A stretch of DNA of 64,000 nt from an uncultured virus (IMG/VR IMGVR_UViG_3300037466_001780) (Duplodnaviria > Heunggongvirae > Uroviricota > Caudoviricetes): the IMG/VR virus record IMGVR_UViG_3300037466_001780, one strand, 5' to 3'. How positions within the stretch are numbered: the stretch's first letter is position 1; each line of letters starts with the position of its first letter. Of this stretch, positions 1 through 9,860 are shown piece by piece. The position numbers and the translations under genes are program-made. The notes under the pieces were generated by a model. That model saw only the letters and a list, made by a program, of their open reading frames with translations, did not search any database and was not told the DNA's origin.

Positions 1-213
1 AAACATTATATAGCAAAGGTAGGAAATATGTGGGTGAATTACTGCTATCACAATATCGAGAGCGTGAAATTAAAATCGGATAAATTCAAAGCCGTTCATC
101 TTTCTCAGGATAAGATTGATTGGCTTAGAGAGGCAATTCCAGAAGTTGAGATATTCGAGGTAAAGGTTACGATTGAAGAAAATAAAATCTGCTGAATCTG
201 GGGAGTTGAAGAG

Positions 214-402
214 TTGAGCGAGACACCAATCAATATCGTGGGAAAACAAGGTTACAAAACCTTCGGTTACTTTGCTGGTCGAGTTGGTACGATTGAACGC
301 AATGATTTTGTGACTCCATATAAGATCCGTTTTCCAGATGGTTCGTCTGTAGCCGCACGACTTGTTGATATTCAACTTGTTCAAACAGAAACAACCAACT
401 AA
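214..402 (+). CDS. hypothetical phage protein
   Basis: 62 aa ORF with GGGGAG SD, co-oriented in the operon. Confidence 0.6.
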   Translation: MSETPINIVGKQGYKTFGYFAGRVGTIERNDFVTPYKIRFPDGSSVAARLVDIQLVQTETTN

Positions 403-452
403 AAATCACCCGATGAAATAACCCTTTCATGGGATAAAGGAGGTTTTTGAGT

Positions 453-578
453 TTGAGCGATAAAAATGAGGAAAACAAGTATACCGCAAGTATTGCATGG
501 GCAAACACCGTACTCTGGCTAGGGTTTTGGTTCCTCCTTATTGCAGGATGTTCGGTTACAACAATTTTGGCTAAATAA
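453..578 (+). CDS. small membrane protein (41 aa, not in ORF track)
   Basis: AAGGAGGT SD, TTG start, hydrophobic stretch AWANTVLWLGFWFLLIAGCSVTTILA, TAA at 576-578. Confidence 0.6.
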   Translation: MSDKNEENKYTASIAWANTVLWLGFWFLLIAGCSVTTILAK

Positions 579-620
579 AGACCCGATGAAAGAACAATTT
601 CTTGGGAAAGGAGATGGGTA

Positions 621-878
621 GTGAGCAATCTTCTTCAAAAATATCTAACGGTGCAAGAATATAGTAAGCGTATTACCGAAATGCAAAGAGATGTAAGGCG
701 TGAATATGAGAAGAAAGTTGTCATGTATAAGGACGAAGAATATGAAGTTTTAGTGATTGATATCACTGGGAGAAATTATGGTTATCCGCTTGTGAAATTG
801 CAGAGTGTAAAAAAATATGGACTCGGATATGTAAAAGGACTAGACCTGTCAATCGAAGAATTTCAAAAGTTGCTATAA
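621..878 (+). CDS. hypothetical phage protein
   Basis: GGGAG SD, 85 aa. Confidence 0.65.
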   Translation: MSNLLQKYLTVQEYSKRITEMQRDVRREYEKKVVMYKDEEYEVLVIDITGRNYGYPLVKLQSVKKYGLGYVKGLDLSIEEFQKLL

Positions 879-910
879 AAGTAATCTTTGATGGGAAAGG
901 AGTAAAAAGA

Positions 911-1201
911 GTGGGAATTCTTGATCAAGGTTGTCAGTGTCAGACTTGTTCTGAACACACAAAGCAAAATCTCAAATTGGCAAGACAAAAATGGAATCAT
1001 GATATTAGAGAAGTTGTATTCAAACCTTATCATCATTCTTGCGGTGATGGATGTTGTGATGAATACGGAACTAATGTCTATGTGAATGGGTTCGATTTGA
1101 ACTGTGATGGTGAAGATGCTGAACAAGTAATTTCGGCTTTGATAGAATTCTTGAACATTGAGAATGTGTCAGTCGAACGAGTATATGAAGATGAGAGTTG
1201 A
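911..1201 (+). CDS. hypothetical Cys-rich phage protein
   Basis: AAGGAG SD; CxCxxC and HSCGDGCC motifs. Confidence 0.7.
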   Translation: MGILDQGCQCQTCSEHTKQNLKLARQKWNHDIREVVFKPYHHSCGDGCCDEYGTNVYVNGFDLNCDGEDAEQVISALIEFLNIENVSVERVYEDES

Positions 1202-1230
1202 TAAAATGATGTTTTTATAGGAGGAGTGCT

Positions 1231-1425
1231 GTGGAAATCAAAGAATTTTACCGTACAAGATCAAACGAAACGCTTTTATACCTTCGAGATCAAATGTTGT
1301 TTGACATTAAGGTACATGAAGCATATCCGGAACTCAGCGAATACAGGCGTTACCCTGAGCACAGTACCATGATGCTGCAATTGATTAATAAGGAAATTGA
1401 GCAAAGAGGATTTCAAATAAAATAA
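1231..1425 (+). CDS. hypothetical phage protein
   Basis: AGGAGGAG SD, 64 aa. Confidence 0.65.
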   Translation: MEIKEFYRTRSNETLLYLRDQMLFDIKVHEAYPELSEYRRYPEHSTMMLQLINKEIEQRGFQIK

Positions 1426-1454
1426 AAATAATCAAAGGAGATGAAGTTTGGAAG

Positions 1455-1814
1455 TTGGAGAAAGGTTCTAGCACATTCGGGAGATTGACATACGCAGATT
1501 TCTGGGGAGTTAACTTCGATACACTTGATGACATTGTGTATTTGGGTCATATCTGCAAGATAGCAATTGAGCGTTCTGGGGCATCCATTATAAACAAGGT
1601 TGAGCATAAATTTACTCCTCAAGGATGCACGATTTTGTTTTTGTTGTCTGAGAGTCATTTTGGAATTCATTCAGCACCGGAACACAATTACATAGCAATT
1701 GATGCGTTTACTTGTTCGGAGAATTGTTACCCTGACGAATCTATTGATTATTTGGTAGATGTGTTGCAGCCAGCAGTAGTAAAAAGAAATTCAGTTATTA
1801 GAGGTGTTCAGTAA
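1455..1814 (+). CDS. speD: S-adenosylmethionine decarboxylase proenzyme
   Basis: HKFTPQGCTILFLLSESHFGIHSAPE and AIDAFTC motifs, with the ESH pyruvoyl self-cleavage site. Confidence 0.9.
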   Translation: MEKGSSTFGRLTYADFWGVNFDTLDDIVYLGHICKIAIERSGASIINKVEHKFTPQGCTILFLLSESHFGIHSAPEHNYIAIDAFTCSENCYPDESIDYLVDVLQPAVVKRNSVIRGVQ

Positions 1815-1833
1815 GGCAAGGAGGTTGTAAAGC

Positions 1834-4800
1834 ATAAATAATTACACTGTATATCATATACATACTGACCTATCGAATCCAACAACTACAATGTCCGCAG
1901 ACTCCACAACAAAGTTTTGGCAATATCTTGATTTGGCTCAACAACTTGAGATGCCATCGTTTTGTTTTTCCGAACATGGATCTGTGCTCAACTGGGTTAA
2001 GAAGAAACAAGAAGTTGAAAAGCGTGGAATGAAGTACATACACGCCAATGAAGTCTACCTTACGGAGCATACCGATAAAGAACGTGGTCTTGTACGTGAT
2101 AATTACCATTACATGCTAATCGCGAGAAATTGGGAAGGAGTTAAAGAACTAAACAGTCTGACTTCAGCGGCAAACAACAAAGAAGACGGACACTTTTACT
2201 ACTCTCCTCGCATTAGTTTCGATGAATTATTTTCAACGTCAGACAACATCATCATGACAAGTGCATGTCTTGCCTCCCCTTTATGGAGAGCAATCAAGAA
2301 GAATGATAAGCAGATGGAAAAAAAGTTGATGGATTTTTTCACCCAGAATAAACATCGTATGTTCTTCGAAATTCAATATCATCCTCATCCTGAACAAATT
2401 GCATTTAACCAGTGGCTTTACGAAACATCTAAAGATACTGGAATTCCGCTTATTGCTGGTACTGATACACACTGTCTTAATCGTGAACATGCAGCCGCTC
2501 GTAAAATACTCATGAAGGCCAAAGGTGCTACTTACGGTGACGAAGACAGTTTTGATTTAACGTTTAAGTCGTTCAATGAACTTGTTCAAATGTTCAAAGA
2601 TCAAAATGCGATTCCTGCCGAAGCCTATCTTGAGGCCATTCACAATACAAACGTTATGGCAAACATGGTCGAGGAATTCAAATTAGATGGAAGTCCGAAG
2701 TACCCAAAACTGTACGATAATCCTGAAGAGGTTTTTAAAGAGAAGATTCGTATTGGCGTTACAGAGCGAATGGTTGGTAAAAAACCTCCAGAGGAAAAAA
2801 AGGTGTATTTTGCTCGGATTAGAGAAGAGTTCGATACATATCAGAAAGTCGGAGCAATTGATTATATGCTGCTCCAAAAGAAGATTATTGATTGGTGTCA
2901 TGAAAAAGGGATTCATCAGGGATATGGAAGGGGATCTGTAAACGGAAGTCTTATTGCATATCTGTTGAAGATAACCGAAATGGACAGTATCAAGCACAAA
3001 CTTAACTTCTTCCGTTTCCTGAACCCTGAACGTATTTCCTTGGCTGATATCGATATTGACTTTCCACCTTCAAGAAGGCAAGAAGTAATCGATTATGTAG
3101 CAAGTATCAAAGAAGTCCATTTTGCCGAAATCATCACGTTCAATACTGTTGCCTTAAAAGGTGCAATTAGGGAAGTTGGTCGTGCATTGAAAATGGAATT
3201 GGACTTAATTGATGAAATTGCAAAAGCAGTTTATGCAGATGAAAACAAGAAAGACACCGTTGATCAATCTTACAGAGACAGTTATCCAGAACTGTTCAAG
3301 TACGTTGATTTGGTCAATGGCGTTATCATGAGTATCGGTTCTCATCCATCCGGCTTCATTGTTTCGCCAATCAGTTTAGAGGACAATGTTGGTCTATGTT
3401 ACACGAAGGAAAGCAAGTACCCTGTTACGCAAATCAACATGAAGGAACTCGATGGCCTGAATTACGTTAAACTCGATATGCTTGGGTTAGACAATATTGA
3501 ACTAATTAACGATACATGTGAACTTGCTGGCATTGAGCGATTAGTTCCAGACAATATGGATGTTAATGATGAGGCTGTATGGAACAGTATACGTGAGTCT
3601 GGAATGGGAGTTTTTCAATGGGAAAGCCCATCTGCACAAGCGTACTTGAAGAACCTACTCAGTCCAGAAACGATTGAAAAAATTAAGCAGCAGAACCCGA
3701 ATTTTAGTTACATTGAACTTCTTTCAATTGGCAATGGTGCAATTCGTCCTTCTGGCGATTCATATAGATATGATTTGGCAAAGGGAATATTCAAGGATCA
3801 TGGTCACGTTGCACTAAATGAATTCTTAAAGAGCACTATCGGCTATCTTGTCTACCAAGAACAAATTATGCATTTTCTCGTTGAATTCTGTGATTTCTCA
3901 ATGGCTGAATCAGATAGCGTTCGTCGTGGTCTAAGCAAGAAAGAAGGAACAGAAAAGTTTCTACCCGAAATCCGTAAACGGTTTGTCGAAAAGATGAAGA
4001 GCGATTATGGAGAGACGGAAGAACGTGCTTTAGAAATTCTTGAGCCATTCTTAACGGTTATTGAAAACGCAACTTATTATGGATTTTCAGATAATCACTC
4101 AAACCCTTACTCTCACATTGGTTATGGGAATGGATACCTTCGACATTATTATCCTCTAGAATTTCTTTCTGTTATGCTCAACATCAACCTAAAGGATAAA
4201 AAGCAGACTGGTGAAATTGCAGCATATGCGAAATCAAAAGGAATTGAAATATCGTCCATTAAATTCGGGAAATCGAAAGCAACGTATTCGCCTGACAGAG
4301 AAGGGAACCGGATTTATAAAGGTCTTGCATCAATTAAATACCTAAATTCAAAAATCGCAGATGAGTTATTTGAACTAGGTAAAAACAAATATAATACCTT
4401 CACTGATTTACTTGTTGATATTGCAGAGAATACGTCAGTCGATACAAGACAAACGAACATCCTTATCAAACTTGATTTCTTCTCAGACTTTGGGGGAAAT
4501 AACGAGTTACTTCAGATTTATAATGAATTCACATCTGGAGAAAAACCATATAAAAAAACACATGTAGAAAAAACGAAGAATGAACGTAAAGAGTTCATCT
4601 TACAACGAGAAGCAGAAATTAGAAATACACTCAAACAAAAGAACATTCCTCCGAATGAGTTAGCCATGTTTCAGAAAGAGGTTTTAGGATACATAGATGT
4701 TACGTTTCCAAACATTAAAGACCCTTGGTGTGTTGTAACCGAAATCGATAAGACTTATACGCCAAAATTAACGCTTTATGATTTGCGAACAGGGAGAGAA

Positions 4801-5001
4801 GCGACATTCAAAATTTCAAAACCGCTTTTCAACGCAAAGGTTAAGGAAGAGCAAATTGAAGTGGGAAGCATGATCATTATTCGGGAGTATGAAAGGCGTA
4901 ATAAATCGAAGAAGGTTAACGGGGAATGGGTCAAGTTAGAGGAAAAAGAGTCGTGGATTACAGCTTATATAAAGCATGTACAGTCAGAAAAGGAGATGTA
5001 A
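1834..5001 (+). CDS. dnaE: DNA polymerase III alpha subunit (phage DnaE, YorL-like); probable ATA start
   Basis: PHP HIHTDLS motif upstream of the called ATG at 1891; SEHG, GTDTH, GRGSVNGS, ADIDIDF, HPSG, KLDMLGL and YQEQ motifs. Confidence 0.92.
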   Translation: MNNYTVYHIHTDLSNPTTTMSADSTTKFWQYLDLAQQLEMPSFCFSEHGSVLNWVKKKQEVEKRGMKYIHANEVYLTEHTDKERGLVRDNYHYMLIARNWEGVKELNSLTSAANNKEDGHFYYSPRISFDELFSTSDNIIMTSACLASPLWRAIKKNDKQMEKKLMDFFTQNKHRMFFEIQYHPHPEQIAFNQWLYETSKDTGIPLIAGTDTHCLNREHAAARKILMKAKGATYGDEDSFDLTFKSFNELVQMFKDQNAIPAEAYLEAIHNTNVMANMVEEFKLDGSPKYPKLYDNPEEVFKEKIRIGVTERMVGKKPPEEKKVYFARIREEFDTYQKVGAIDYMLLQKKIIDWCHEKGIHQGYGRGSVNGSLIAYLLKITEMDSIKHKLNFFRFLNPERISLADIDIDFPPSRRQEVIDYVASIKEVHFAEIITFNTVALKGAIREVGRALKMELDLIDEIAKAVYADENKKDTVDQSYRDSYPELFKYVDLVNGVIMSIGSHPSGFIVSPISLEDNVGLCYTKESKYPVTQINMKELDGLNYVKLDMLGLDNIELINDTCELAGIERLVPDNMDVNDEAVWNSIRESGMGVFQWESPSAQAYLKNLLSPETIEKIKQQNPNFSYIELLSIGNGAIRPSGDSYRYDLAKGIFKDHGHVALNEFLKSTIGYLVYQEQIMHFLVEFCDFSMAESDSVRRGLSKKEGTEKFLPEIRKRFVEKMKSDYGETEERALEILEPFLTVIENATYYGFSDNHSNPYSHIGYGNGYLRHYYPLEFLSVMLNINLKDKKQTGEIAAYAKSKGIEISSIKFGKSKATYSPDREGNRIYKGLASIKYLNSKIADELFELGKNKYNTFTDLLVDIAENTSVDTRQTNILIKLDFFSDFGGNNELLQIYNEFTSGEKPYKKTHVEKTKNERKEFILQREAEIRNTLKQKNIPPNELAMFQKEVLGYIDVTFPNIKDPWCVVTEIDKTYTPKLTLYDLRTGREATFKISKPLFNAKVKEEQIEVGSMIIIREYERRNKSKKVNGEWVKLEEKESWITAYIKHVQSEKEM

Positions 5002-5002
5002 G

Positions 5003-5545
5003 TTGGCAGAATACTTATACGGATTTGACCTCTCAATGGAACAATCAGGTGTGACAATTTTTGATTTAGAATCACTCAAGCCAATACATATTGACTCATT
5101 TAAAACGAACGATAAACACACACATGGTAAAAGATTATTACATATTTGGAACGAATGCAAAAAACTAAAGCAACAGTATCCTCCAATGGAAATCTCAATT
5201 GAGCGAGGATTTTCGAGATTTAATACCTCTACACAGGTTATTTACCGTACACACGGAATCATCAATTTATTGTTCCATGATGTAAAGCAAACATACTATC
5301 CGCCAAAGACTGTAAAGGAAGCAATTATTCGAGGAGATGCAACGAAGAAGTTTGTGCAACAAATGATCCAAGTAGCGTATCCAGAAGTTGAATTTAAGAA
5401 TGAAGATGAATCTGACTCATTTGCCGTTGGTCTGACATGGTTAATTAAAAATAATAAAGTTGAATGGGATAAAGAAGAATTAAAACGATTGATTAAGAAT
5501 TATGGACAAACGGTTCCGAATAAACGTAAAACTAGAGGTGATTAA
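5003..5545 (+). CDS. RuvC-like Holliday junction resolvase
   Basis: YGFDLSMEQSGV, ISIE, PPKTVKEAI-GDATKK, DESDSFAVG; TTG start at 5003 after AGGAG. Confidence 0.85.
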   Translation: MAEYLYGFDLSMEQSGVTIFDLESLKPIHIDSFKTNDKHTHGKRLLHIWNECKKLKQQYPPMEISIERGFSRFNTSTQVIYRTHGIINLLFHDVKQTYYPPKTVKEAIIRGDATKKFVQQMIQVAYPEVEFKNEDESDSFAVGLTWLIKNNKVEWDKEELKRLIKNYGQTVPNKRKTRGD

Positions 5546-5758
5546 ATGAGCAAATATAAAACCATCGATGATTTGCCGGAAGTTATTGAACCGCTTGATC
5601 TGAAGGACTTCCTAAAAATAAGCAAGACCGCAGCATACGAATTAGTGAAGTCAAAACAGTTCCATGTAGTGAAGATCGGAAGAACTTTTAAAGTTCCCAA
5701 AAAGGCATTCAAAATATGGTGGGAAGGGCAAAATGATGAGTATCGGGCGCAAGCCTGA
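5546..5758 (+). CDS. xis: excisionase / HTH_17 recombination directionality factor
   Basis: DLKDFLKISKTAAYELVK and VKIGRTFKVPK; lies next to the att site and integrase. Confidence 0.8.
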   Translation: MSKYKTIDDLPEVIEPLDLKDFLKISKTAAYELVKSKQFHVVKIGRTFKVPKKAFKIWWEGQNDEYRAQA

Positions 5759-5772
5759 TGCTCTTTTTTTAT
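5742..5772 (+). terminator. rho-independent terminator after xis
   Basis: atcgggc-gcaa-gcctgat followed by a T tract. Confidence 0.65.
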
Positions 5773-5784
5773 TCATAAAGTGCC

Positions 5785-6051
5785 TGATGCAACTGATTCA
5801 ATTTGATGCAAAAATTGATTCAAATCGTCGTGGGAATAAAAATGATTCATTGAGATTTCTTTGGAGGGAGAACGAGGTAGTAAAGTTCAAAAATCCTTGA
5901 AATTCAAGCGCTTTGAGAATAGATTAGAATGAATTGAAACACATTGGAATCACCCAAATAGACATATGAGGACATCTAGTTATCGGTGATTGGCCTTATA
6001 AATAAAGGATTTCTAGGCACTATATTTTGTTTTGATTCAAAATTGATTCAA
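5785..6051. other. attP-like site with arm-type direct repeats and an inverted core
   Basis: TGATTCAA/TGATGCAA at 5785, 5794, 5804, 5816, 6033 and 6044; imperfect inverted repeat aatcacc...ggtgatt at ~5948-5991. Confidence 0.7.
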
Positions 6052-6102
6052 AACGTGTTTTGGGTTATAATCAGGAAAGACAACCTTTAAGGAGATGTAG
6101 AA

Positions 6103-7230
6103 ATGGCTGAGATTCGTACCAACAAGGATGCGAAAAAGAACCCTTACTGGTTTCAAATCATGGTCAACGGTAAGAGGGTAACAAGGCGAGGGTTTAGAAC
6201 AAAAGGCGAAGCTAAAGCAGCAATGGCAGAAGTCATCAATGAATTAAACAAAGGCGATTACGTTGATCCATCCAGAATGACATTCGGTGAGTATTTTTAC
6301 GATTGGATTAAAAACAGAGAAATTGCCGAAACAACGAGAGACACGTATGACTCATATTACAAAGTTCACATTGTCGGAAGTTCAATCGAGAAAACACTTC
6401 TCTCTAAGTTATCGGCACTTCAGATACAGAATTTTATAAGGGAAATACGCGAAAAGAATTTATCTGACGGAATGGTGAAGGGTATATTCAAGACAGTTAA
6501 TGCTTCGCTAAACCATGCTGAAAAATTAGCGCTTGTGAATAAAAACGTTGCATCAAAAGTGGAGAAACCGAAAGTTAAGAAGCAGGAAAGGCCGATATGG
6601 AGCAATGAATCAATTAAACATATGCTGTCAATGTCAAAGGGTGATTCAAGGTATTGGATTGCCATTTTTCTTGCAGTTATGACTGGAATGAGGCAAGGGG
6701 AGATTTTGGGTTTAAAGTGGTCTGATATTGATTTTGAAAAGAGGACTATCGCGGTAAGAAGAGGACTTAGGAAGGATACATCGGAGTTTACTGAACTAAA
6801 AACAGAAAAGAGTCGAAGAGTAATTGCAATATCTCCGAAAACCGTTGAGGTATTGTTGGAGCATAAAGAAAAGATTGAAATGGAAAAACATAAAAATAAT
6901 TATCAAGATAATGATTTAGTGGTTTGCACATCAAAAGGAACGCCAAGTAGTTCAAGTCGAATCATTGTTACTTGGTTTAGCATTCTTGATAAATACAAAC
7001 CTGAACATGAACCTCGCATCAGGTTCCATGACCTTCGCCATCAGAGCGCAAGCATTATGCTAAACGATGGAATAGATATCCGTATTGTTTCACAAAGGTT
7101 AGGGCATTCAACTGTGTCAACAACGTTGAATATATATTCTCACTTGCTCCCTAACGCACAGGAACAAGCTGCAAACAATTTAGACAATCTTATTGCAAAT
7201 GATGTTCTTGATTCAATTGATTCAAAATAA
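6103..7230 (+). CDS. int: tyrosine integrase
   Basis: N-terminal arm-binding domain; TGMRQGEILGLKWSDID, FHDLRH, VSQRLGHS and TLNIYSH motifs. Confidence 0.95.
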   Translation: MAEIRTNKDAKKNPYWFQIMVNGKRVTRRGFRTKGEAKAAMAEVINELNKGDYVDPSRMTFGEYFYDWIKNREIAETTRDTYDSYYKVHIVGSSIEKTLLSKLSALQIQNFIREIREKNLSDGMVKGIFKTVNASLNHAEKLALVNKNVASKVEKPKVKKQERPIWSNESIKHMLSMSKGDSRYWIAIFLAVMTGMRQGEILGLKWSDIDFEKRTIAVRRGLRKDTSEFTELKTEKSRRVIAISPKTVEVLLEHKEKIEMEKHKNNYQDNDLVVCTSKGTPSSSSRIIVTWFSILDKYKPEHEPRIRFHDLRHQSASIMLNDGIDIRIVSQRLGHSTVSTTLNIYSHLLPNAQEQAANNLDNLIANDVLDSIDSK

Positions 7231-7271
7231 AAAAAAGCCCATCTCCTCGCAAAATGGAGGAGATGGGCTTA
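7231..7271. terminator. terminator between convergent int and late operon
   Basis: aagcccatctcct-loop-aggagatgggctt with an A tract on the left (T tract on minus). Confidence 0.75.
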
Positions 7272-7332
7272 AGAATAATTCCCGATGATTCCTTTTATCG
7301 GGAAATGGTGATTTTTCACCAAAATCGAAATA

Positions 7333-7716
7333 TCACTTATCTAACGAATAAAATGCCTCACGAACCGCATAATCAATAAGGTTTTTCTCGTCTTCTGTGA
7401 CCGGAACCTTCATCTTGGCTAAAATGTCGTGCATAACTCCCAATGAAAATTCGATTTTATCTGCTTTTTCATCTGAAGGGAGGGCTACAACGTAATCGAC
7501 AATATCGCTTGCGAGGTCAAAGATAAATTTCGTTTTATCTTGGAATGCCAACTTCGGATTTACCCTTTGCAGAATCAGTTCGACAAGTTCCAAGGCGTGT
7601 TCTGCGGTGTCTAACGTGTCAGGAGTAATCGTTCCTGATTTCTTGAGTTTTGGGATAAAGATTGCACCAGCAATAACGACAACGAAGGCAATAATCACAT
7701 ATAAATAATCATTCAT
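7333..7716 (-). CDS. holin-like protein with one N-terminal TM helix
   Basis: hydrophobic N-terminus; directly downstream of the endolysin. Confidence 0.55.
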   Translation of the reverse strand: MNDYLYVIIAFVVVIAGAIFIPKLKKSGTITPDTLDTAEHALELVELILQRVNPKLAFQDKTKFIFDLASDIVDYVVALPSDEKADKIEFSLGVMHDILAKMKVPVTEDEKNLIDYAVREAFYSLDK

Positions 7717-7726
7717 TCAAAACACC

Positions 7727-9304
7727 TCACTTTGACAAGTTTGCCTTATGGTTGGCTGCATCCCAACCTACCTGAGCCTCAAGGAATTCGGATACCTTTC
7801 TTAATTCCACGTAACTTCTATCGTTAAGGATAAAACCATTTACGGTTTCCGTTGTGTTGTTGGCTTTGTCGATAAGGTCAATCTTTACGGGATAGATTTT
7901 ATCGTCGCTTGTAGGAGCATCATCTTCTACATCTTGAATTACGTTCAAATAAACGAGAAGTGCATGATTAACTGTGCTTTCGTTTGCACCACGATTCAAA
8001 GACTGGTTAAGTCCTCCGGTTGGATCAGAAAGGGAAACGCTGCTTCCTCCGTCAAAATTCAACGATGTAATTGCGCCGTGTTCTTTTGCGAATAACGCTG
8101 CTTCTTCGAGCGTTAGTCCTGCATCGTAATTCGTCCTTCCATCACCACAAGCGAACCACAAATCGCCATTATCATCAATCCAAACGAAAGTCCTTTGACA
8201 TCTACTCTTACCGATATCATCTGGGACTTCTTCTTCAACACGATACTTCTCATAAACTAAGTTCCCGTTCTCAACCAAGAGAGGAGCACCTTGCACCATC
8301 AAATCACATTTGGTACTCATATCGTATTGACCGATACTTGGTTTTCCGTCAATCACAACTAATTCGTGTCTTTTAAGCATCTTGCCATAAGGCGAAGAGA
8401 TAACCGTATCTCCGTCTTTGTTGCTACCCAACACTTTACCAGCAGCATCGAAAAAGGGAGCATTAATACCGAAATCCGCTTTATGTTTTTTGACAAGTTG
8501 GCTTACCTTTTCACCTTTTTCATACACAAACCGGAATTTTGTTTTTCCTGTAGGGAATTTAATAAAACGAACATCTGTTGCAGGAGTACGATAATCTCCG
8601 TCACAGTGAATGAGTTTTCCGTTAGAAGAACGAACCCGTTCCTTATAAACGGTGTTATATTTGTAATCCATTTTCACTCCCCCAAATAGTTCATTCCAAA
8701 AATCCAATTCCATATAGTTCATATCAACGTTTCCGTCAATCCCGTCAACCTTGCCTGTGCTGGTATACTGCCAAATACTCCACTTATCCCATGTGGAGTT
8801 GTCTAGAGGTTTGTTTGTGTTGTAATGCGCTACCCACAACGGATAATCTTTTAGCGTATTGTCTAATTGATCTCTTGCAAAGTAAGATCCCGTATACAGC
8901 ATCGTTTTCTTTCCGGTTAACTTCTCCACAGTTTGAAACCACACAAGAGCAAGTCGAGATAAAGTTAACTTTGGAATATGTTTGTGAACTTCATCTTCTA
9001 AATCGAGTACAAGCGGAAGATCGATATCGTAATCTTTTATTTTGGAAACAAAAAACTCCGCTTCAGCTTTAGCGGAGGATTCTGTGATGAATTTTGCGTA
9101 ATGGTAAACGCCAACTTTTATTCCGGCATTTTTTGCACCTTTGATGTTCCTATCCAAACAGTCATCTAGAAAAGTTGTACTTTGAGTTGCTTTGATAAAG
9201 GCGAAGGAGATTCCGTCTGCTTTAACTTGTTGCCAATCAATATTGTCACCTTGATGATGGCTAACATCTAAACCTAAGATATTTGAGGAATTTTTAATTT
9301 GCAT
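7727..9304 (-). CDS. endolysin: GH25 muramidase + phosphodiester glycosidase (NAGPA-like) + C-terminal copper-amine-oxidase-N/stalk domain
   Basis: GLDVSHHQG, FIKATQ, LVLDLE, WQYTSTGKVDGIDGNVDMN; GAPLLVENG, DGR, LNFDGGSS; RSYVELRKVSEFLEAQVGWD. Confidence 0.88.
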   Translation of the reverse strand: MQIKNSSNILGLDVSHHQGDNIDWQQVKADGISFAFIKATQSTTFLDDCLDRNIKGAKNAGIKVGVYHYAKFITESSAKAEAEFFVSKIKDYDIDLPLVLDLEDEVHKHIPKLTLSRLALVWFQTVEKLTGKKTMLYTGSYFARDQLDNTLKDYPLWVAHYNTNKPLDNSTWDKWSIWQYTSTGKVDGIDGNVDMNYMELDFWNELFGGVKMDYKYNTVYKERVRSSNGKLIHCDGDYRTPATDVRFIKFPTGKTKFRFVYEKGEKVSQLVKKHKADFGINAPFFDAAGKVLGSNKDGDTVISSPYGKMLKRHELVVIDGKPSIGQYDMSTKCDLMVQGAPLLVENGNLVYEKYRVEEEVPDDIGKSRCQRTFVWIDDNGDLWFACGDGRTNYDAGLTLEEAALFAKEHGAITSLNFDGGSSVSLSDPTGGLNQSLNRGANESTVNHALLVYLNVIQDVEDDAPTSDDKIYPVKIDLIDKANNTTETVNGFILNDRSYVELRKVSEFLEAQVGWDAANHKANLSK

Positions 9305-9385
9305 GTCTTACCAACTCCCATGTATTATACGGGTAGGACAACATCCCCAATTTGCTGAAGCACGGCACTTGGAAAGGGTGTTGTC

Positions 9386-9826
9386 TTATTTTTCTTCCGT
9401 TTTTTTATCATTTGATTCGTCCAACAACGGAACTTTTGCCTTAACTGTATCAACGATTTTATTGAGGAATCCAAGATTGAGTCCCATTTTGCTGCCATTC
9501 TCGATGATGCTAACAAATTCCATTAGAATAAATGCAGACGATACGCCATCTGTAATAACGCCGTTCGTCTGTAGAATAGAAACTTCAAGCATAAGAACTG
9601 CACCGATGAGAAGAAGTACATATAGTTTCTTAAATAATCCTTTGTAGCCCTTTTGACTTTTTAATTTTTCTCCTGTCACAATTGCGGCGAAGACACCGGA
9701 AATAAAATCAAGAGCCATCATTCCTACAAGGATTGTGAAAAATAATCCAAATACCCCGATAAAAATTGACACTATACCACCGATAATTCCAATTCCTGCT
9801 TTAATCCATAAATCGAATCTCTCCAC
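9386..9826 (-). CDS. phage holin (toxin secretion/phage lysis family)
   Basis: DFISGV, LKSQKGYKGLFKK and EFVSIIENG motifs; several TM segments. Confidence 0.88.
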   Translation of the reverse strand: MERFDLWIKAGIGIIGGIVSIFIGVFGLFFTILVGMMALDFISGVFAAIVTGEKLKSQKGYKGLFKKLYVLLLIGAVLMLEVSILQTNGVITDGVSSAFILMEFVSIIENGSKMGLNLGFLNKIVDTVKAKVPLLDESNDKKTEEK

Positions 9827-9860
9827 TATTCACGACACTCCTTGTTGGCAATTGGCAAAA

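Noticed and set aside
1891..5001. Intein or intron in DnaE (also checked PolA and TerL)
   Set aside because: Motif spacing and lengths look normal; no C...HN splice junctions or LAGLIDADG blocks seen
7230..7333. Prophage boundary with host DNA after the integrase
   Set aside because: Genes beyond int are phage lysis and tail genes; no host housekeeping genes occur anywhere in the window
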